Positions 17,197 to 23,833 of a DNA stretch of 64,000 bases are shown here, one piece after another; the first letter of the stretch is position 1, and each line of letters starts with the position of its first letter. Under the pieces are notes generated by a model. It was not told the DNA's origin. It ran no database searches and worked only from the letters and a program-made list of their open reading frames with translations. The position numbers and the translations under genes were made by a program. The stretch covers positions 96,001 through 160,000 of IMG/VR virus record IMGVR_UViG_3300049489_001336; one strand, given 5' to 3'. The stretch is from a virus.

Positions 17197-18051
17197 TTAC
17201 TCTTTACCATCAACGGTATCAAGTAATGCAGTAGCTCCGTACGTTCCAAGGGCTACTGCAGGTAACTTCATTGCAGTGCCTGCGTAGGTGCCAAAGGCAG
17301 GTAACAACGTCTTAATACCTTTTACCATATCTCTGCGTGTGGCTCCGTTGCGGTACATATTCAATAAACCATGCCCACTGGCATAAGCTTCTTCCGCAAG
17401 TACGGGCACCGTCGGTAGCACAGAGCTGGCTAAATAAGCGTTGCGTTTCGTTTTACTTTCCTCGCCAGGATTCGATTTTTCAGCGTCATACGCGTATAAA
17501 CCTGGAATAAGCCCCAACCACGGTTTACTGAACGTGCTATACCCTAAATTGCCCAACATATGCATTATTTTAGGGGTTTTTTCAAAGTAATGTTTATGCC
17601 CTAACTCATGCGCCAAAGTAGCTGGATTTTTCTGGAATGACGCCTCGCCTAACGTAATCACGTTTTTCTTTGAACTAAAGGATCCCCGGTATGGGGACGT
17701 TCCAGGTTTCCCCCGTTCAACGTTATGTCCTTGAACGAGCTTTTCATAAATCTCTTTTTCTCTAGCCAAATCGTCTAAGTGCGCCTGGCTAGGCTTCTTT
17801 GCATTGGGCGTTAAATGTGCTGTATCTGCATAATAAGATTTATTCAATTCATCCACGATAGCGTTATTACTATGCGTCCCGACCGCGTCACCTAAGAGGT
17901 AACCTGAGTAACCTCCCCCTGCTAGTAGACCCGCATTGAGAATTCTCTGGTCTTCATCACTTAATTCTTTAGCTACCGGCGCAGTAGATGAGCCTGTACG
18001 CATACCCAGTTTGGTAAGAGCAAAATGACGGCCTGCAATATAAGAATTCAT
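17197..18051 (-). CDS. putative HExxH zinc metallopeptidase with membrane-like C-terminus; N-terminal YxxGxxxALxKLG motif
   Basis: ATLAHELGHKHY and a downstream LAEEAYAS; TATAAT-N6-ATG. Confidence 0.6.
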   Translation of the reverse strand: MNSYIAGRHFALTKLGMRTGSSTAPVAKELSDEDQRILNAGLLAGGGYSGYLLGDAVGTHSNNAIVDELNKSYYADTAHLTPNAKKPSQAHLDDLAREKEIYEKLVQGHNVERGKPGTSPYRGSFSSKKNVITLGEASFQKNPATLAHELGHKHYFEKTPKIMHMLGNLGYSTFSKPWLGLIPGLYAYDAEKSNPGEESKTKRNAYLASSVLPTVPVLAEEAYASGHGLLNMYRNGATRRDMVKGIKTLLPAFGTYAGTAMKLPAVALGTYGATALLDTVDGKE

Positions 18052-18094
18052 AAGGGTATTATACGCGGTTGCTAACAGCTAAAAAAGAACAACC

Positions 18095-18385
18095 TTAGAG
18101 CTCTTCGATGCTCAGCCCGGTGTCCTTTAAAATCAAATTAACCCGCTTAACCACAAAGTCTTGCTCTTCAGGACTCAGCGCTGCCCATACAGAGTCTACA
18201 CCGTCTCGTAGCAGAGGATCTACCTGGTCACATGCAGGGCAATACACAAAGCCCCAAATGTGAAATCCAAGGCGACACCATAACCTACGCCACCACCCGT
18301 CTAAGCGTCTAGGCGGCGCTGCGTTACACATGTGAATGATATCGAAGTATTGATGGTGGCGTGGGCCTGGGTATTTGTGAGGCAT
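18095..18385 (-). CDS. hypothetical protein
   Basis: LWCRLGFHIW...CPAC; C-terminal VWAALSPEEQ helix. Confidence 0.55.
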   Translation of the reverse strand: MPHKYPGPRHHQYFDIIHMCNAAPPRRLDGWWRRLWCRLGFHIWGFVYCPACDQVDPLLRDGVDSVWAALSPEEQDFVVKRVNLILKDTGLSIEEL

Positions 18386-18387
18386 AA

Positions 18388-18636
18388 TTACTTGGGGTCT
18401 GTGTCTTTATTCTTGAATAAGTGCACGTACGCAGAATGGCAAAGAAATACGAACACCGCGGTGACAATCAGTGCGCCTAACGCGCTTGCGACAATGCCAA
18501 ACAACCAAAAGAAAATACGCAACGCAAACAGCGCGATTAACGCCGCTAGCCCGTAGCTGAGAATCACGGCGACATCACGGGGAATCCACGAAGGGTATTT
18601 GTTGAGAATGTGTGCGGGGATTTCAGGGAGTTTCAT
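18388..18636 (-). CDS. two-TM membrane protein
   Basis: Two hydrophobic segments. Confidence 0.65.
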   Translation of the reverse strand: MKLPEIPAHILNKYPSWIPRDVAVILSYGLAALIALFALRIFFWLFGIVASALGALIVTAVFVFLCHSAYVHLFKNKDTDPK

Positions 18637-19082
18637 TGAGGGCCTTTGAGCAGGTTAGGTTGAAGCAGACTATGGAGCATCTTTGTAGCTTTTCCTTCTT
18701 CCAATAGCCAGCGGTCTACCTCTCGAACATTGTCGACGTTTACGTTATGCCCCCGCGAACACTGCAACTTGGGCACATGACCAAAGGCTTGGCAAATCCT
18801 GGGTCGAACTTCGTAAATGGCACATACGCCTCGTTGATAAAAAGGACAAGTTAACCCTTGGTCCTTAGGAACAATGTTGTGCTGCGCAATATATTGCTGG
18901 ATTCTCTTGAGCTGTTTATCAGAGACAAACACAGGTCCACAACAATCGCCGCAGAACTTTTCACAGGTCATGCTAGGGAACGTGGGGAGTTTTAGTTTGG
19001 CCAAAGGACCTCCAACGTAAGAGATCTTGCTTACTGCATTGGCTTTTAAGCCGTGTTGGCTCGTTGCGCCGCCGTGGACCAC
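18633..19082 (-). CDS. second YkgJ-family cysteine-cluster protein
   Basis: CEKFCGDCC...CPFYQRGVCAIYEVRPRICQ. Confidence 0.8.
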   Translation of the reverse strand: MVHGGATSQHGLKANAVSKISYVGGPLAKLKLPTFPSMTCEKFCGDCCGPVFVSDKQLKRIQQYIAQHNIVPKDQGLTCPFYQRGVCAIYEVRPRICQAFGHVPKLQCSRGHNVNVDNVREVDRWLLEEGKATKMLHSLLQPNLLKGPQ

Positions 19083-19275
19083 TCAAGAGCTCAACTTTGA
19101 AATAGCGTACTAAAAAGCAATAACGACTATCTAAAAACGCGTAACAACCAATGCGCCATTCTCCGCATGTCAACGACCTCCAACATTTGTTTAGACATGC
19201 GCCTGTAGGTCTAGAGTACGAATATTCAGGCAAACGCTCAAATTCATCGAGCCATACACGCATGACATTGGCCAT
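18973..19275 (-). CDS. hypothetical protein
   Basis: FERLPEYSYSRPTG...KCWR pattern. Confidence 0.5.
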   Translation of the reverse strand: MANVMRVWLDEFERLPEYSYSRPTGACLNKCWRSLTCGEWRIGCYAFLDSRYCFLVRYFKVELLSGPRRRNEPTRLKSQCSKQDLLRWRSFGQTKTPHVP

Positions 19276-19278
19276 AGC

Positions 19279-19385
19279 GTTCGTGCAAGGACTCGAACCT
19301 TGCTCCCGTTAAAGAATGGAACTGGGGGGAACTCCCTCTAACGGTGTCCAGGTGGCAGGGCATTTACCACAAACAAACAACGAAC
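19279..19385 (-). ncRNA. tRNA-shaped ncRNA, family CCUGGACA, copy 1
   Basis: Acceptor GUUCGU/ACGAAC; D-like hairpin; CCUGGACA; stem CCGUUAGA/UUUAACGG; GA; T arm GCAAGG-UUCGAGU-CCUUGC; no CCA. Confidence 0.65.
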
Positions 19386-19387
19386 TA

Positions 19388-19705
19388 TTATTTGGGCTTG
19401 CCCAAGTTAAAATATTTGCGAATTTCTTCGCCACGTTCTGTGCAACGATACGAGTAGGGTAAATACGGGTGCTTTTCGAGTAAACCCTTAGTAACCAAGA
19501 CCTTGGCGCGCTTACTCTCGGAAGCAGTCAAAGTCTTCGGCGCATCGTACGCGCACAAACTAAGGATATTAAAATCATAAAACGTAAGCCGAAGGGTATT
19601 GCGTACAAAAGGCCAAATCAACTTGGCTGCAGCTTGTATTCCTTCATGGCTTGCAACATCGATAATATCACAGACCAATTCGAGCTCATCGTCGGTGACT
19701 TCCAT
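19388..19705 (-). CDS. hypothetical protein with C-terminal winged-helix-like segment
   Basis: AKVLVTKGLLEK...YRCTERGEE; flanked by the two tRNA-shaped RNAs. Confidence 0.55.
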   Translation of the reverse strand: MEVTDDELELVCDIIDVASHEGIQAAAKLIWPFVRNTLRLTFYDFNILSLCAYDAPKTLTASESKRAKVLVTKGLLEKHPYLPYSYRCTERGEEIRKYFNLGKPK

Positions 19706-19715
19706 AACACCTCAG

Positions 19716-19811
19716 TATTCGTGCAAGGACTCGAACCTTGCTCTCTATATAAACAGTGTATCCCTCAGTTTATACAGATGTCCAGGCGGCCGAGGAGAAC
19801 AGCCACGAATA
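19716..19811 (-). ncRNA. tRNA-shaped ncRNA, family CCUGGACA, copy 2
   Basis: Acceptor UAUUCGU/ACGAAUA; GGCUG/CGGCC hairpin; CCUGGACA; 11-bp stem UCUGUAUAAAC/GUUUAUAUAGA; identical T arm; no CCA. Confidence 0.7.
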
Positions 19812-20209
19812 TAAAAACAAAGAGCGATAGATCGAGATTGCAACCGATGCCTGAGCTACTAACTAAGCCACTGTCTCTTTCAGGCACTGCCAAGAACAGT
19901 AAGCACGAGATGCGACAGCTCAAGCAAGACGTGTTGCGATGTATCGACTCGCGCCGATTCAGTAGAAAGTGCTCTTTGTTCCACCATGCACAGGGTTCGG
20001 AGCGATGTGCACAGTGATAAAAGGTTCGGGTGAAAAGCGGGAAGATTCTCAGATTTTTAGATGGATTACAGAGCTGAACATGCGACTTCAATGAGTAGAG
20101 GCACTGCCATTTCATTGACTTAGTTGTCGACGAGTTGTTGGCTCTGTACAAAGGTTGTTGCCCATGACGGGCGACTTGCTTTTCACCCTAGGAAAACCTC
20201 AACGATAAA

Positions 20210-20716
20210 CTACTCGAAGAGGTCTTCCGTAAGCGTTTTGATTTCGTGCTCCTCCGCATTGCCTTGAGCAATGGCAGCACGCATGGCACTCGCACGCTTG
20301 GCCGCACTCGTGGCATTTTTCAATGCATCACTTGCGCTGACCTGCGTCTGTGCGTAGATTTTGTTCGGGTCCCGCTCGTCTGCAGAATAGCCGTAGCGCT
20401 CTTTCTTGCTGCCTGTGGCTGAGCGCCACATCTTTTCTGCGCGGGCGAGGCCCCCAAGCGCCTTCACGGCAAAGCCCAAGGTGATCAATTCACCGTCAAA
20501 AGGCACTTTGACCTGAAGGTTGTACATCGCCTGTGCTTCTTGCAGCTTGGCAATGGCATACTCTGCCGCCAAATACTGCTTGACTGCATCGACGGGATGT
20601 TCCTTGGTTTCCCCAGGATAAATCTTCAACGAATCATCGAACACTCGGGAAGCCGCGTCTTTACGCAGCTCCCATTGTTTGATGGCTTCACGGATTTTGT
20701 AGCCAGTGACTTTCAC
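20210..20716 (-). CDS. helical conserved hypothetical protein directly downstream of the Y-like RNA array
   Basis: 168-aa ORF (GTG start), GGTAAAAG promoter motif upstream. Confidence 0.7.
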   Translation of the reverse strand: MKVTGYKIREAIKQWELRKDAASRVFDDSLKIYPGETKEHPVDAVKQYLAAEYAIAKLQEAQAMYNLQVKVPFDGELITLGFAVKALGGLARAEKMWRSATGSKKERYGYSADERDPNKIYAQTQVSASDALKNATSAAKRASAMRAAIAQGNAEEHEIKTLTEDLFE

Positions 20717-20780
20717 AAAGCCTCACTAGATAGTAGATGAGAGATACTTATTTACTTTTACCGTACAACAGCTAAAAAAA

Positions 20781-20852
20781 TCGAATATCTGCACGGTCTT
20801 CCATGGGATTTCCCAGCATTACTGCTGAGTCACACCCCGTGCAGATATTCGA
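20781..20852 (-). terminator. 16-bp perfect stem enclosing two mini-hairpins, followed by U7-AGC; terminator or small RNA closing the array
   Basis: TCGAATATCTGCACGG/CCGTGCAGATATTCGA. Confidence 0.6.
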
Positions 20853-20861
20853 AAAACAAGC

Positions 20862-20938
20862 GTGGAAGCAAACTTGCGATGTTCCGTTTTCGGATCCCTT
20901 TTGGGGAGCGTAGATGTAGACATCACGACATCTTCCAC
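20862..20938 (-). ncRNA. Y-like RNA, copy 4 (minimal, no tRNA module)
   Basis: GUGGAAG/CUUCCAC; AGAUG...GUCUACAUC...UUUGCU; two GAAA/AAAA mini-hairpins. Confidence 0.65.
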
Positions 20939-20948
20939 AAACTTAAAC

Positions 20949-21079
20949 GGCCAGCAAAGATTTGAGAAGTCTATTTTACGCGTGCTGCCATTACACCACC
21001 AACAGTGTTACCTGCTGGACAGGATTCGAACCTGCTCCTCGTCCGCCCAATGGATGTAAACCTCTCGGGGCATCTGGCC
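20949..21079 (-). ncRNA. Y-like RNA, copy 5 (full)
   Basis: GGCCAG/CUGGCC; GAGAGGUUUA/UAGACUUCUC; T arm GCAGG-UUCGAAU-CCUGU; acceptor CCAGCAG/CUGUUGG; D arm. Confidence 0.8.
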
Positions 21080-21090
21080 AAAACTTAAAC

Positions 21091-21224
21091 GGTCAGCAAA
21101 GATTGAAGAGTCTATTTACGCGCTCTACCACTGAGCTACCCCGGCATAGATGGCGCCAGGGGCAAGGATTTGAACCTTGCATCCTCGTCCTTAGCATGGA
21201 TGTAAACCCTTCGGGCATCTGACC
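21091..21224 (-). ncRNA. Y-like RNA, copy 6 (full)
   Basis: GGUCAG/CUGACC; GAAGGGUUUA/UAGACUCUUC; T arm CAAGG-UUCAAAU-CCUUG; acceptor CCCUGGC(GCCA)/GCCGGGG; D arm UAGCUCAGUGGUAGAGC. Confidence 0.82.
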
Positions 21225-21234
21225 AAAACTTAAA

Positions 21235-21375
21235 GCGACAGCAAAAGGCGCAGTGTCTAAATCCCTTGCGGGAGTCTGCTGCTCTACTTTTGAGCTACAC
21301 GCTTAAACAACAAGCGTAACTGGATTTGAACCAGTAACCCGCAGATTTCAATGTAGACACTACTACATCTGTCGC
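21235..21375 (-). ncRNA. Y-like RNA, copy 7 (full)
   Basis: GCGACAG/CUGUCGC; AGUGUCUA/UAGACACU; T arm ACUGG-UUCAAAU-CCAGU; acceptor UACGCUU/AAGCGUG; D arm. Confidence 0.8.
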
Positions 21376-21386
21376 AGACACTAAAA

Positions 21387-21470
21387 GGGATAGCAAAGAG
21401 TTGTCGAGTTTAGCCCCTTGCGGAGCAATTTTCTTAGCCAGAAATGTAAACCCAACGGGGCATCTATCCC
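21387..21470 (-). ncRNA. Y-like RNA, copy 8 (minimal)
   Basis: GGGAUAG/CUAUCCC; GGGUUUACAU...UAAACUC; UUUGCU. Confidence 0.65.
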
Positions 21471-21481
21471 AAAACTTAAAC

Positions 21482-21544
21482 GGGCAGCAAAGGATCGTCT
21501 GAGTCGCAATTACCAAAAATGTAGACCCAAACAAGCATCTGCCC
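21482..21544 (-). ncRNA. Y-like RNA, copy 9 (minimal, 63 nt)
   Basis: GGGCAG/CUGCCC; GGGUCUACAU...GACUC; UUUGCU; AGUUUU leader. Confidence 0.6.
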
Positions 21545-21614
21545 AAAACTTCTTTACCTCTCGATGCTCAAGCTGTCAAGCGAGCGTCGGAGAGGTCTAT
21601 ATTCTTATACCTAA

Positions 21615-22292
21615 TTAATCCTGTTTTTTCTTAGGATTAACTCGTTTTTCTTTTTTGTCTTCGCTCTCAAGAAAATCCATCGTCCTCTTGATGCTGACAA
21701 ACACAAGCTCACGCATAGACTGCGGATACCCAGCCTTGCCCTTGTGCTTCTCCAGATACGTAGAGATGCGCTTATGCAGGTCCAGAGGGATAGGCAAGCC
21801 CATCGTCTTAAACTTCATAGTGCGTTGCTTCTCGGTGAGACGGTACGTGGAAAAGAACTCCAACACGTTAAAAGACACGCTTGGAGCTTCGCCTGGCGCC
21901 TGTTCGGGCTCAGGCACAATCACAACTTCAACAGATTCAACGGGAGCTTCAAGCATAAGAGGCTCGGGCTCAACCACAACAAGTTCTAGGGTTTCAAAAC
22001 TTGGTTCTTGCACCGTTGCAGGTACAGAGCTACTCTCTACGCGGGGTAGTGTATCTTCTACGAAAGATATTTCGGTAGGAGGCGCTTCTTCAATCGCCCA
22101 GGTCCCTGACTCTTCTAGCGAAGGCTCCTCTACTACAGGAGCCGGCGGAGGAGTTTTGTTTTTGGCCTTGGCTTTTTTCTTTGGCTTTGCAGCCACGACA
22201 GGCGCTTCGACCGACGCAGCTTGTGCCTTTGGCGCTTGCCCTCGGAGTTGCTGCTCAGCCTTTAGATACCGTTCAATCTGGGACAGGAACAT
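21615..22292 (-). CDS. protein with a disordered acidic/Pro-rich middle and a C-terminal ribbon-helix-helix-like DNA-binding domain
   Basis: KTMGLPIPLDLHKRISTYLEK...SMRELVFVSIK beta-alpha-alpha pattern. Confidence 0.55.
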   Translation of the reverse strand: MFLSQIERYLKAEQQLRGQAPKAQAASVEAPVVAAKPKKKAKAKNKTPPPAPVVEEPSLEESGTWAIEEAPPTEISFVEDTLPRVESSSVPATVQEPSFETLELVVVEPEPLMLEAPVESVEVVIVPEPEQAPGEAPSVSFNVLEFFSTYRLTEKQRTMKFKTMGLPIPLDLHKRISTYLEKHKGKAGYPQSMRELVFVSIKRTMDFLESEDKKEKRVNPKKKQD

Positions 22293-22299
22293 ACTACCT

Positions 22300-23830
22300 A
22301 CTGGTCGTTAAGACATTTGTTCAGTGCCGCCTTGGGAAAACTTTTTGGCGTTTTCTAAATGACTTAAGCCCTATTATCTGGGGTTGACTCGTTGTGTGTA
22401 TCAAGGACAACACTACGACTGTCCTTACTCAAAGTGTAGCACATAACTTTGGCTAAATAAAAAAGCCTCCCATTAGCCAACATGAATAATTACTTTGATT
22501 AATCAAAGACTTTGATCTTTGACGCATCTAGGTACCTATACAGGCTAGCTAATGTGGGTAGTAGGGCGGGGAGGCACGCCCAGCCGACGGCACAGCTGGA
22601 GGGGGAGACTCTGCGTTCGTCGGTACCCGGCCGAGGTGCTGGCGGCACCTCAAAACTGGCTAAATCTTGGACCGACCCCCAAAGGGGCCGGCAGCGGTGT
22701 TACCACCGCCAAACATATATTTTACAGTCCGAGTCAACTCAGCTTGTAAACTTGTTAAGGATACATCTAGCGGTAACAAACAACGACGGCGTGGAAGAGA
22801 ACGTCGGCGGTTTCTAGACATCTACTTACTTATACCACATCTAAGTACATTTCTGTAAATTTGAATACTGGCGACTGAAGTAGCCATGCAATGCTTATTG
22901 CAGTAGCCGCAGACAGAGTAGCAGCAAGAGGCCTTGCACAGAGCAACCAAGGTTGCTGCAAGAGAACTTGCCCGGTGCAAGAACCCTTGCATAGAGCAAC
23001 CAAGGTTGCTGCAAGAGAACTTGCCCGGTGCAAGAACCCTTGCATGGCAATTTGAGTAGCCGCAAGAGAAATTGCGCAACGGTGCTTGCCCTGATGCAAG
23101 ACCTCTTGCTGCAATTTTTGTTGACCGCAAACAGCAAAAAACCCCAAAAACGTTCCTCGATTCGCCTGTGGTTGTACAATGAACACAGGAGGTTGTGTGT
23201 GTTCTTTGACTTTTCTTTGCTTTACCACTTGCTTAAGAAACGAGTAACTGCTCTAATGGGAGTGTGTTTACTGACGACTTGCAACGCCCCCCTATTAAGT
23301 TTTTAGAAAGGCATAAGCAAGCCAAAGTACGGTGCGGCAAGGTTGGCACGGTCTCTTGCATTTGCCGGTTTTGTTATTCTTTTTTTTTATTTCCTTACTT
23401 TTCCTTACATGTCGTACTTTTCCTATTATATTTATGTTACATTTATGAAAACTATAATAATTATAATAAGATAAGATAAGAACATGCGCGCACGAACCTG
23501 TTACATACGCTCGACAACACCCCCTGATACGTGCCAACTTTCACACAACATATACCCTGACGCGCGCCCGAGCAGCGCCCACGCGCTGGTGTGGCAAAAA
23601 GTAACATATGCGCGAGTTATTAACTTTGATACTCGCGCGTCACGAGAACCTCGTGAGGAGCACCAAGGGGGTACCCCCTGTGTGGAATCTGGCCAAGACG
23701 ACAGGGGTATCGAAACAGTTTCGAAACATTCAAAATAGAAGTCAATGTTTATAACCAATGAATTAAACTCAGCTTCACCTAGAAGTCACAAAAAAAAAAA
23801 ATCCGATATCCGACATGTAGGTAAAAAAAG
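22300..23830. other. divergent non-coding region; candidate replication origin or genome terminus
   Basis: ~1.5 kb without a convincing ORF; iteron-like repeats; very AT-rich tract at ~23370-23485; strand switch. Confidence 0.4.
22932..23043. repeat. 53-bp tandem repeat (2 copies, 1 mismatch, plus the start of a third) rich in TTGC/GCAA half-sites
   Basis: CCTTGC recurs at 22932, 22985 and 23038; unit contains GCAACC-AA-GGTTGC. Confidence 0.9.
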
Positions 23831-23833
23831 AAA

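Noticed and set aside
20949-21375. Cluster of ordinary or intron-containing tRNAs
   Set aside because: Joining a D arm to the next unit's T arm would span two closing stems and the spacer. Within each unit the T arm precedes the D arm and there is no anticodon loop, so a permuted Y-like fold explains the pairing better.
20862-21544. CRISPR array (regularly spaced conserved words GATGTAAACCC and CAAAACTTAAA)
   Set aside because: Unit lengths vary from 63 to 141 nt, the 'repeats' co-vary as RNA stems, the 'spacers' are tRNA arms, and there are no cas genes in the window.
23344-23360. Sigma-54 promoter (TGGCACG...TTGCA)
   Set aside because: GG-to-GC spacing is 11 nt rather than the strict 10.
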